This document shows, in pieces, positions 50,348 through 62,685 of a stretch of DNA of 64,000 nt (position 1 is its first letter; each line of letters begins with the position of its first letter). The DNA is from Setoptus koraiensis. Its lineage: Eukaryota > Animalia > Arthropoda. Both the position numbers and the translations under genes were made by a program. Below the pieces are notes generated by a model, which was not told where the DNA came from, ran no database searches, and saw only the letters and a list, made by a program, of their open reading frames with translations. Location of the stretch: positions 15,314,001-15,378,000 of the forward strand of contig CM106586.1 of assembly GCA_048013815.1 (NCBI GenBank), read 5' to 3'.

Positions 50348-51295
50348 TCATTTTTAGCCATACAAACGCAACACGATTGCGTCATACCGAGTGTGCATTG
50401 AAACGACATTACGTCAGAGAGCGTTGCGCTGTTGAAAAGTATCGTTGTGAGCTCAATATCGTTGTGAGCTCACTATCGTTCGGCGAGCTCAACAGTTTCA
50501 GCTCAACAGTTTTGAGCGGTCTCGGCAGCGGATCGCCGGCTAATCGAGCAACAGAAAAAACACTCTCACTACGACGGTCAGACAGGCGAACAGGTGCACA
50601 ACACAAGCGGCACGTCTTGGCGAGACTTGGCAATATTTGGCAAGACGCTCTTGGCAAGACGGCGTTACGCAACTCGTCTGGCCGGCTAGGCGTAGCGTGC
50701 AAGCCAGACGGAGCGACAGACGGCGCCAGAGATGGCCATCGATCTCTTGGCCAGCGACCAGTCGATCACGATCTGCAGATTACGCAAGCGCTGCACGCGC
50801 TCGTTGCGCTGAAAAACAACAACTGTTTCGACAACCTGTTCTAAATATAATCTGACGCACACAATAAACACAATCTAGGCACGATACGTTGCGCAATACG
50901 TTGCGCAACGGACACAGTGCACATGACGCAACAGCGACAGCACACATGACACAACGACAACAACAACGACAACAACAACACCGACAACAACAACAACGAC
51001 ACCGACAACAACAACAGTGCACATGACACGGCAACAACGACCGTTGCTGCCAGTGACAGCGCTGGCAATGAGAACCCAACGGCACTGGCGGCCACGCGGA
51101 CCGGTATCGCACACACTAATTAATGGTTGCAAATAAAAAGATTATTATTACATTATTGTCGTGCCCTATTGCGCAATATCATCACCTGTATCGGGGGCTG
51201 CGCTGTGCATTGGGCGAGCTGGCGAGAACACTATTAAATAGCGACTATTTATCTCACCTGTCAAGGTTGCTCGCGCTAGTGGACAGTCGCGGTTT

Positions 51296-51350
<55 letters not shown>

Positions 51351-53244
51351 CGCTGTTGTTGTTGTTGTCGCTGTTGTTGTCGCTGTTGTTGTCGTTGTTG
51401 CGGCTGCCGCATTGTTGTCGGCACGCACAACGGCGAGGCATCGATGGCAACAAACGAAATTCGAAACAGCTATTTTAAAACATTTCCCACACTCGCTTGC
51501 GCTGTGAGTCTCGAATTGTGACCAGTCGCAGGTTTGCGCTGATCGCTGTTTTATCCAATTTAATTCATCGTGCTCTATCTGGCAGCGAAAGAAAAAAACT
51601 AAAACACAAATATGTTATGTAACATGTTCGGTCAGCAGGCTTGTCGTGTGTTGTTTACAACAATTTCGCAAGTCTCGCTCGGCGTTATTATTGCGCCGCC
51701 TCGCAACATTGTAAACATTGTCATAACTTGCGACTTGTTTATCGTCGCATAATCAAATTGTATCAAATTGCGCAATCAACACTCGTTGTCACTTGCGCTC
51801 GCAAGTCTAATTGTTGCACCTATTGCGCAACAATTACACTTCAATTTGATTAGCGGGCAATTAATCGTTATCGCTTGTTTCATTTGTCAATTGCCCCTTG
51901 CTGTCGTGTCACTTCAGTTGCCCACTATTGACAACGATTTCGGGCCGCGACCAACAGCGACAACCGACCAGCGGCGACAACCGGCCGGCAGCGGCAGTTG
52001 CCGGCAGTCGGCGCTCGGGTGACCGTTAACTGGCGGCAGCGGCCGGTCGTGATGCAAACATTGTGGGTGTCGCGACAAAACTTTGTTGCAAGCATTGGCC
52101 GCCAGTGGCTGTCGATTAGCCAGTTTTACAAGTTGGTTGGCCGTGCTGATGCTACCGGCAGATAATAACAATAATAGCAGTAATAATATGACGCCAATCG
52201 AGCCGCTCAAATAAACTCGTCACAAATGCGCTCGTCAGCCGACGCTGACACAAGCGAGTCGCGATTAGATTGACTAACTAATGAACCTGCCGGCCGGCCG
52301 AGCCGAACTGACCGGCCGAGCAAACTGACCGGCCGAGCAAACTGACCGGCCGAGCAAAAGTGAGCGGCCGGGCCGAAAGCGAGCGGCCGATCGGTCGCTA
52401 AGCCGACACAAGTTTACGGTATCTCGACACACACACACACGGCAAAGATGAGCTAATGAACTTGGCAGCCAGAGCGAGTTGATTAGCTCTGCGTTATACG
52501 TTGCGTAACAGCGACAACGGCGCTCGTTGCGCAACAACAGGTGAGCGGCGAGCCGGCAAGGTGAAATGAAACAGGTGGAATTCATTGCGAGCGGCTTCCG
52601 TTGGAATGTTGTTGCGACGGCCGCAGCGCTTCTTCTTCTTCGTCGCCTTGCGTAATCGTATAATTCCTCTGTCGCTCGCTGGCTGGCTCGCCAATTCAAA
52701 TTCTTATGGCCAGTTGTTTTTGTTTTGCCGCTCGGCGTGTTGTAGTCGTTGTTACGCAACGACAACAATGTTACACTGTTGCCTGTTGCGTCGCGTTTAC
52801 GCGCACTTGTTGTCGCCGTTTTCGTTGCCGCTATCGCTGTTGCCGCTGTCGCTGTTGTCGCTGTTGGCGATGTTGTTGCCGTTGTTGTTGTCGCTGTTGT
52901 TGTCGCTCAGCGACTAATAGTATTAATTCGTGGCCACTCGGACGGCCCGAATCGGACGGCGCGGCGCAAACAACGCAAGCGGCAGCCAGTTGCGTCCGAA
53001 TGACAACAAATGGCCGACGAGCGGCCAGCAGTTAGCGAGCCACTCAGAGCCAGTTAGTTAGTCAGTTGGTCAGTTGGTCAGTTAGTCAGTTTGTCAGTTA
53101 GTCAGTTTGTTAGTTAGCTAGTTAGCGTCGATGTTAACATGTTTCGGGAGAGCGAGTCGCCAGCTTCGGACGGCTTCGGCCAGCGCACGGACCGGGCGTA
53201 ATTCGCTTTCGCTACGCCGCGCCGACAAACCCCCACAATAACGC

Positions 53245-53370
53245 ATGTTATATAATGTTATATAATGTCATATAATGTTATGTAATATATAATATATAGT
53301 ATATAATATATAGTATGTAATGTTGTATAACATGTAGTGCATAATGTTATATAATATGTAGTGTATAACG
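53245..53370. repeat. AT-rich (ATGTTATATA)-type low-complexity array
   Basis: Read directly. Confidence 0.8.
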
Positions 53371-54057
53371 TTGCGTAATGGTGGCCACTATGCGCAACAG
53401 TGTTCGAGCGCCAACCTGTTCGAGGTTCGAACGGCGCTAATTCGAACGCTGCTAATTCGAACGCTGCTAATTCGAACGGTTCTTTCATTAGGGATTGTTC
53501 TCGTTGGGCTCGTTCGCTCTATTTAGCGCTGCTGGCCGTTTGGCGCCGCTGTGAAAAAGTGTAACAGAGGCGAGCTTCGTTTACGCATTTTCGGCAGTGT
53601 TCGGCCCGTTGGAATCTTCAGTCGGCAAGCGTTCGACTGCAACAGGTTGCCGTGCAAAAACGACGCCAAAACGCTGATATTCACCTGTTGCCGGCCAGCG
53701 ACGATAACAGCAAGTGTGACAGACATTGGGACATCAATCATGATGAAAGAGATGGTTTCGCTTTCTAGCTTGCAAATTCTAAGCTTGTTGCTCAGTCAGC
53801 TTGGGCTCGCAGTCACTGTCGGTGTTGGCTCGCAGTCACTGTCAGTGTTGGCCCGACGGCGCCCAAAACCGGCAAGCGAGTGGCCAGATAATCGCCATGG
53901 CGTCTATTATTAAATGGACACGGCACAAGCGGCTATTAGTGGCAGCGCGCGTATGCCAACTCTGGCGACACATACACCTTGTATCATACAACTTGTATCA
54001 TACAACTTGCATGCATGATACACGACGCAAGTGGACAATTTTTGCCCGTTTCTAATT

Positions 54058-54245
54058 AACATTTTCTAATTTCTAATTTTCTAATTTCTAATTTTCAAAC
54101 TTGCTAATTTTCTAATTTTCTAATTTCTGATTTTCAAACTCGCTAATTTTCTAATTTTCTAATTTCTGATTCTCAAACTCGCTAATTTTCTGACTGTCGC
54201 ATTTAGCTCGCTTGTGTTGCCATTACGCAACTAATTTCTAATTTT
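54058..54245. repeat. (TTTTCTAA)n array with a higher-order ~38-bp unit ending CAAACTCGCTAA
   Basis: Read directly; the higher-order unit recurs about three times. Confidence 0.8.
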
Positions 54246-56975
54246 CGTCTGACTTTGTCTGATTTTCGAGCTCTCTAATTTGATTTGTTGCAACTTGCGA
54301 GCGCCGCTCACTACGTGCGCCTCCTAACCTGCCAATCAATGACCTAATGGGATTAATTTTGGGCCGGCTAATCTTCGCTTTGGCTCCATCGTCTATTGTG
54401 ACACACAAATTGTGACTCGCAATCTGTGACTGGCAATTTGTGAGCATTTCGGCCCACTGTGTCGACTGTGCAAAAACAATTGAAAATATCTGAACAGTTT
54501 TGTCGATGATTCCAGTTTCGCCCGTCAGTGACAAACGGTTTGCGCGACAAACGAGCGCTTGCGCTAATTGACAAGTGCAACAATAAGTGTGCCCGCTAAT
54601 TCATTTTTGTGCTCATTTCGTCGCCACTTTCTCTCTGGCCGCTATAATTGCTCGCCGTTGTTGCTGTTGTTGTTGCTGTTGTTGTTGCTGTTGTTGTTGC
54701 TGTTGTTGTTGCTGTGTTGTTGTTGTTGTTGTCGTTGTTGTGTTGCTGTTGCTGTTGTGTACAATTGTTATTTCGCTGTGTTATTAGTTCGTTCGCGACG
54801 ATCGCCAGCAGCAGCCGAAAACGTCCAATTTTCGCCAATCTCATCCAATGGCGATAACAACAACAACGACAACAACAACGACAACAACTGCGAAAACAAC
54901 GACAACAACAACGACAACAACAACAGCACGACGGTAATCTCTGGCTAACAAACTTTCGCCAAGCCGCTCGCTGCAGCCATCGATACCGAGCGTGTGTGTG
55001 TGTGTCATCGCACAATTGTCAGACGCTGAAAGCATAAAACAATTTGCAGTTACAATTTAAAATGTCAAATGACGTAACATTGGATACCACCGCGGGCGCT
55101 CGTCCCAGCATTATCGCGCGCACTCTGGCGGCAGCCAGCCAGCCAGAGAGAGAGAGAGAGAGCGAGTGACCTTCGCCCTAATGAAGCAATTAATCATATT
55201 TAGAGCGCGCACTTGGCCTACGAGCCGCGACAAGTGCAGCGCGACAGGTGACCCGCAAACGGCGCTCGTTGGTGTCGGCATTACAACTTGCGCATGATAC
55301 TTGTATGCGTAAGTGGCCGCCATGATAATAATGACACAGGCGAAAGTTGATTAGCCGGCCAGGTAGCTAATCAATGGCGGCTTACGTGCGGATCATTGCT
55401 CACAACAATGGCCCGACATGGCGAAATCAAATTTGCGATCATCAGCCGACTAAGTGATCACATGATAAGACAATAAGATGTTTGCGTTTGACGTTTGCGT
55501 TTGACGTTTGTCTCATGTGTTTGTTTGTTTTCTGCTCACTGAGCTCACTGAGCAACAACAAAATGTCAGTGGCTCGCCGGCCGTTTGCGTGGCCGCTGCC
55601 ACTTGCAATCAAATTGCTACGCGCGCGAGCGCGCGTCATTGCGTCATCCATCTATCATTACAAACAAACTGAGCGACGGCCGGTAAACGGACGGACAGAC
55701 GGACGGACGGACAATTCACATTAATTAACTGCTAAACTCTGGCCAAATTCATTATTCAGGAAACGAGCACGCTAATTCATCTCTTGCTAACGCACTGATA
55801 ATGGCACTGAGATGACCATTACGCTCGCTGCGGCCAAACAATGCCCGAGCTCACGACATCGAGCGGCCGCACCGGCCATACCGGCCGAGCTCGCCATAAC
55901 GCTCGCGAGTGGCGACGGACCGGCCCTGGCGAGCGATGCATTTTTTGTCTCTGTCGCCGGCCATTTAGCCGGTTGAGACAACAACAAATTATGCGTCCGT
56001 TTGTTGACTGTCGACGGGCCAACGAACGCGACAAATACGCAATGTCGTTGCTGCGACATCGTTGCCGCTGTGATGCCGTTGTTGTGATATCGTCGCTGAT
56101 ACCGTCGCTGATACCGTCGCTGATACCGTCGCTGTGATTCCGTTGTTGCGCAATTAGCGCACCGTCGCACATCACCGACACCGGCGCCGGCCAGATTGGC
56201 ACAATATTACGTATATCGTGTCATTATCAAGTGCCGATCGTCACGTCACGTAACAATTAATTTCGTTCTCGCTGACGGACAAACGATGATGTCGCCACTG
56301 ACAGCCCGAGAGTGACAGTTCGAGAGTGACAGTTCCAGGCTGACGATTCGGGACTGTCAGTTCGAGACTGTCGGCTTAAAACTGTCGGCTCGAAACTGTC
56401 GGCTCGAAACTGTCAGTGGCGCTAATAGCTCGCAGCTCGCAGCTCGCAGCCCGTAGCTGGCAGCCCGTTGCTCGTAGCGACTAATTAGCGGCCGATGTCA
56501 CTCTGCCGGCCGGCCGGCCCGATGTCGGCCCGATGACGGCGCGCCGAAAACGAGACGAAGAAGAGTCGCTGAGAATGGCGAACCGCCACTGCTAAATAAC
56601 GAATAATGAATACTGGCCGCTAATCTGTCGTTGCTAATGTGTGTCAATCACACAATTAAACAGATAATTGATGCATAAATTGTGTGCGCTCGAATAAACA
56701 TAATGATGCATATTGTTGCAGTCACTTTCTTCCTCATTGACGCTGGCAAAGATTGCCGAAACGTATCACTCTCATCATTGCTGGCATCATTATTATGTAA
56801 TTTCTAATCATACAATAATTTGCTAATTGTGTGTGTGTCGCCCAACTGGACAACTTTTGTTTGTCGCTCACTTTGCCTGTTGTCGCTCTTGGCTCTTGGC
56901 AGACGATGAACTAGATGAGCTCCAGATGAGAAGACTCGCCACGCCAGATGCCCGTGTGATGTGTCTCAAATGTGC

Positions 56976-57077
56976 CCGCTCTCATCAAATATCCGCTCTC
57001 ATCAAATATCCGCGCTCATCAAATATCCGCTCTCATCAAATATCCGCTCTCATCAAATATCCGCGCTCATAATATAT
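56976..57077. repeat. 17-bp tandem repeat x6 (CCGCTCTCATCAAATAT)
   Basis: Units start at 56976, 56993, 57010, 57027, 57044 and 57061 (last one degenerate). Confidence 0.93.
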
Positions 57078-60000
57078 ACGCTCTCGAATGTGCGCTCCCG
57101 GAGCGGAGCAAAAAGAAACACGAGATGGCACTTGCGATGGCATTTCTAATTTATGCAGTTTGTGGCAAGCGGCTCGTAGAGAAACTTCTAATTGGCGAGG
57201 TTTTTCTCTGCAATTGGCGCGGTTTTTCTCTGCAATTGACGACGAGTAAACAGCTTGTTGCGACTCGCATTTTGTTGCGAGTAAACGGCATGAAAACGAT
57301 GAATGTTGGAGCGGATATTTCGCGCCACTAGATCGGCCGAAAAAATACTCGGCCAACTTTGATCGCCAGAGTCTGGTGCTCACCTGAATGAGTCGATGCG
57401 ATGGGATTGATTTGTTTCGCTCGAGCACGAGCTTGTGGGCGCTTGATCGGTGCCACGAGAAGTATCACGCGTCGATGTGTGAGTTATTTCGCTGCGAAGT
57501 TTCAGAACTTCTTTGCTTCTTGTTTATTCTTGCTTATGCTTGGGGCTTCTTTCGTCGGATTTTCTTCTTCTGTTACTTCGAATTTCACTGGCTATCATAG
57601 ATTATGAATATTATTATTTTGCACTCGCTTTCGGACGGGCTGTGCGATTCAATCACTGGCGCTATTCACGCTTCGATATTTGATATTCGATATTCGGAGC
57701 AAACTTTCGGCGCTCGCAACTTTATTTGAGACTGGACGAGAGGGCAGCTTTTCTCTTGTTGTTTTACTATTATTATTTTTGCGGCGCTTGTTTTATTATT
57801 ATTATCGCGGTTGTTTTACTATTATTATCGCGGTTGTTTTATTATTATTATCGCGGTTGTGTTATTAGATTATTTATTTATAGTTGACATTTGTTTTCAC
57901 TGCTGATACGAACGCGTGACTACGGATTTGTTTGTCCCGAATTAGGCGCTGCTTGTTCGCTAATTTGCACGTGCCGTCGCGGGGCATAAATGGACAATGA
58001 TGAAGTGATCAGCTCGCTTGTTAGCGGTCAAAACACAACAACGATTGGTGTTGATTTTGCACGTACTAATCGACTTAAAATTGACACACACGCGAACAAA
58101 CAACACATACAAGCCAATGCAAACACAGCGGGCAATATGTTATTATGTAACAGAGTGTTCGAAACACGAAGCCAACGTTGCTTGCGAGCGACTCAAAGGT
58201 GAGCTAGCCAGAACCGTTAGTTGACCGTTATGTTGTTGTTGTTGTTGTTGCTGTTGTTAACACAACGCTCGCCAGCATGCACTGTCGCGCCGCACTGAGC
58301 ATGCGCGCACAAAAGAATCCTCGGCTCGTCTTGCCAGCGAACAGGTCGCTGTTGTTGCCGTTATTTCCACTGTCGCTGTCGTTGTTGTTTCGTCGCTGTC
58401 TAGTGAGCTTCGCGTATACATGAGACGACACTGTGCTAACGCACGCCCCCTCGTAGCCTGCGACTCAACAACAAAACACAAGATTCACTCCGTTCTCTGG
58501 CAAGACAGCACTCTCGTGCCATCGGAGACGATTCTTTTGGCGCCGCCCCCACCTGGCCCCGCCAACATGGACAACTGCCCACAACTGTCACAAGTGGCGC
58601 AAGTGTCGCAGGCCGCAACCGTCCTCTGCGGGCGCCCCCAAAAAAGACACTATTCTGACCGTACTGTTCTGAGCGCTCCGTCTGAGGCGGCCCCCATTCC
58701 GGCCAACAATTTTCGGTTAAAAGTGTCGGCTGAAATGACAACTTCCGGCGCTTTCTCGGAGCGCACGGGGCGCACACCAACACACACCGAGATCTTCGAG
58801 ACGACACTCTCGAGCGGGTTGTTTCAAAAGACGAATTCCGGCCAATCTGTTTCAAGCGGATATTTTCTGAGTGTTTTCATATTTTTTCTGAAAGAAAAAA
58901 AAACACGAAAATACTCAGAATACTCGAAAATACGAAATTGCAGAGTTGAGTGGCCGATGTTTGGCATTTTCGGCCATTTCATCATTTTCGGCAATTTCGA
59001 CACTTTCAGTATTTTTGACACTTTCGCCCTTTCGGTTTCGTTGGCCTTTCGGGCCAATAAATGAGCTCGCCCGACGGGCGACCTCGGCTTGGGCAAACGC
59101 GTCTCCACTTGGCCAAGACAAAAGAGAATTCTGACACTTCATTTCGAACGAATCGTTTGGCCGAATTTGAAATTTCGACCAGCATGAACAATGCCAGCTG
59201 ACTAGCCTCGAACAAAGCGAACAGGCTGAACGTTTCGGGGGCCGGCCACGAGCAGCGTCGGGGCGAGCCCCCTCGTGGCCGTTTCGACAAGCTCCAGCGA
59301 CCACCTGAGGCCGGCAACAGGTGAACGAACCGATCGGGCGCGTTACTATTCTTCTTTGTTTGTGTGCCCATCCGATTCTTGGCGAATCGCGACCCGATCG
59401 TTCCATTCAGCGTTGCGTGCCCGTCCGACTACCGACCGTCGAGCGAAACGATGGCTTGCGGCAACCAGCGCTCGATGATTAGTGATCGGCGGGGCGATCG
59501 ATCGGCCAGGTAATCTCTCGCTTGATAGCAATAACAGCGACAACAATGGCCGACACAGCGAGCAAAGTGAAAGTCAAAAATTATCGTTTATTTGTTGTTG
59601 TAAACATCTCAATCATCGTCGCTCGAGTCGTGTGGTGGCAGTCGCAAGTCCGACAGCGAGACATGATACATTGGTTTGGCCGGCACCGAGCTCTGACGGA
59701 CAATCCCAGAAGCTTCGCATAATTTATGAATCGCCGCTCACAATTTGTGAGTCACAAAGCTTCGCGGGCCGGCCGATTTGCCGGCGCCGGGCCGTCGACT
59801 CTCGGTCACGGACTCTCTTTCGTAGGCTCGCTGGCGCGGACTCTCGGGCGCGGACTCTCCGGCGCGGACTCTCGGGGGCTGGCTCTCGGGCACAGACGCG
59901 CCGGCGAGCTGTGTCCGGCGAGCTTGTTGCGTCATCTATTTAAGTTTATGTTTGTGCCGGTTGCCAAAAGTGGCCGGCAGTCACACAGCCGACGTTATTA

Positions 60001-62624
60001 ATTTATTTATGCCTCATCAATTATCTCTCGCTCGGACACAGCCAGAGAGTGGCCATCTCTTGTTGGCGTGCGCTATGCGTGTTGCCGTGACTCGGCGCCG
60101 TTCGCCGGCCGCTTCCATGCGGAGTAGCAGGGCGCCGAGTAGCGGGGCGTTTCCGGCGGCGCGCCGCCGTTCGAGTTAATTAAGTTGATTGGCGGCTCGA
60201 ATTGAGTGGGGGGCACTCTCTCGCTCGCTGTTTCGGCGCGGTGCGGCACCGCGGCGCTGCGGTGTGTGCGGGTCAGGCCGAGTCAAGCGGACAGCAAGTG
60301 AGTTACGATTGAGAATTTACGGCAAACGATTGAGAGTTTACGGGAAAAGATTGAGAGTTTGCGGGACAAGAATCGACGACTCAATTATGAAGCGAGAGTT
60401 TCAATCATGCCGCTTGTGTGTGCCGACGCTCAATTCGCTCAATTGAATTCATGCGATTGCGAGTGGCTCGAGCTGCCAATAGCTCGTTTATCCAATATTA
60501 CATAATTTATGCCACAGTAATGAGAGACATTAGAGGGGCCATTACTGCGGGCTTATGACCGATTGGCGGGCCGGCTGCCGGCCGAAATTGACTGGCCGAC
60601 CGACCGACCGAGCGACTGACCGAGCGACTGCGGCTGCCGCGACGAGAACCGCGACGAGAACCGCGACGAGACGAACGAACATAAATAACGGCGAGACAGC
60701 GCCAATAAAGACAACATTTCCTCCTAAAGAACGCCACTACGGACAGACGGCCGGCCGGCCCGACGCGTCTCGGCCGGCCGACGTTGTCCCGTCGGCAGCC
60801 GATTGCAATTGAAACGAACGGCACAGGTCGACGGCGAGCGCCTCGTGTCGCATCGTTTGCATCGGCCAGTTTCGGCGGCCGACGCCAGCGAATGCGCCCA
60901 TCAACCACAACAACGACAACAACGACACCGACGGCAACAACGACACCGACGGCAACAGCGACATCAGCGACAACAGCGGCAACAGCGACAACAGCGGCAA
61001 CTGCGACAGGTACGGCGCCCAACAACCGCCAGCGACCGCACTCTTGCTCGATGCGTCACCCGCTCGCAGCAAGCGGGTGCCCGGGTGAGCGGGCGACGGG
61101 CGAGCCGACTCACCCGAGCGCGGTGAGCGCCGCGAGTGCAGTGGCCAGTCAAATGTGGCAGTCAAATGTGGCTGGTCAATTTTGGTGGTGTTCACATTAT
61201 GTTGTGAACTTTTAATATGTTTGACCGAGACAATTGGTTGTGCGCCGCATAATGTCATTATTGCGGCCCGTCGTCCCGTCGTCTCGTTGGTCTGCCGGCC
61301 CGTCGGCTCGCTCGTCAGCTTGTTAGCGGCCCATTTATAAATTATAATATAATTACAATAACACAATGACTGCGATTCATCTCGACAGGAGCCGTCTCGA
61401 CGACAGCAATCAGCCCGACGGCCGACGACGGCGCCCTATCGAGCCCATACTATGGGCGCATTTATCCAATATTCATGCGCAAATCCGTCTATTAGCATAA
61501 TTCGGCCATACACATCCAATATACGCTTATGTATTAGCTAATGCGTATTGGCGAAAGCCAATCACGGCCGTCGTGGCATGCGCCCCGATTGCGTCGGCGC
61601 CACAAATTAGCATACTGGCCACTGTTGGGCTCGAGCGGCTTGCTGCCGCCATCATCCGTCGACAGTGCTCATTGTCGCAACGGTCAGCGGCCATGTCGCA
61701 CTGACCGCTGGTCAGCGAGCAACGGTCGTCGCGACGAAGCTCGATATTCGAGAGTCCAACTCACCTGACAGACGACGACCTGTGACTCACAGGCTGTGAA
61801 GTGACCAGTCGCGTCGAATGGAAGCGCATCGCAGTATGGCACCGCATTGCGGTGATTGTAACCACCGTTAGGGCGCCAAGTGGACACATGTTTTGTCGCC
61901 ATCTGGCGACAGGGTGGCCAGCTACAAGTGGCGGCTAGGAGTAGCGACGGACGGAAAGCTTGCGCCAGTTCGAGCTGGCTGGCGAGATACGATCGCAACG
62001 TGAGCTGAAAGCTTTTTGAGCGATTTTTATTCTCGAGTTGCGTCGCGCAAGTTGTGTCGCGGCGACCCGACTGACCCGTTGTTGGTCGGTCTGTGGCGCT
62101 GGCAATTTTTTAAAAAAAAAGAGACACAATTCGCCAAAACGAAGCAGACAGCAAAGCGGAAAAGTGGCCAGCTCACGAGCCGAAATGGCCGAATAGCTGG
62201 ATAAAGTGTGTTCACCTGTCACTGGCTGCTGCTGCACTTGAACTGACGGTGGCGCTGGCGCTGGCATAAATAAAGAAATAAAATAAAATGACGATAACAC
62301 GATGATAAAATCAAATGTAAAATTGAGCCATTGTGGTTGATTTTATCATTTCGAGGCGTCGTCGCCGGCAACCGGCCGGGGTTGCACAATGGAGACAGTT
62401 GATTGCTCTGGCGCCGCCGCCGCCGCTATCATTCATTGTGAGCGCGGAGGTGATAATTTGGCCCTGTTCGCATTGTGTCTTTTTGCCAAAAATTGGCCCG
62501 CTCTCTTTGTGTGTCTGTGGTCGTCAATAGTTATTAAAATTAGCCAGCTATCGACTGATTTAGCTGGCTCTGTTACCGAGCTTGTGAAGGCTGGCTTGCC
62601 AAGTTGGCAGCGACTGACTTGTGA

Positions 62625-62685
62625 GACGCTCGGCTAACGGGACGCTCGGCTAACGGGACGCTCGGCAAACGGGACGCTCAGCGAT
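62625..62685. repeat. 16-bp tandem repeat (GACGCTCGGCTAACGG) x~3.5
   Basis: Read directly. Confidence 0.85.

Larger units (their letters stand above)
38674..56153. promoter_or_regulatory. Non-coding region with a dense field of TTGCGCAA (C/EBP-type bZIP palindrome) and related TTACGTAA/TTACGCAA/TTATGTAA sites
   Basis: At least 25 exact TTGCGCAA counted by eye in ~17.5 kb versus about 5 in the rest of the window. Regulatory function is inferred. Confidence 0.45.

Noticed and set aside
50377-50844. 155-aa plus ORF with non-repetitive sequence
   Set aside because: Non-ATG start in the track's frame, no recognisable motif and no convincing splice context; left uncalled.
58420-59406. 214-aa and 163-aa ORFs in an AT-tract block
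   Set aside because: No transposase or other domain; the C-terminal parts derive from short tandem repeats.
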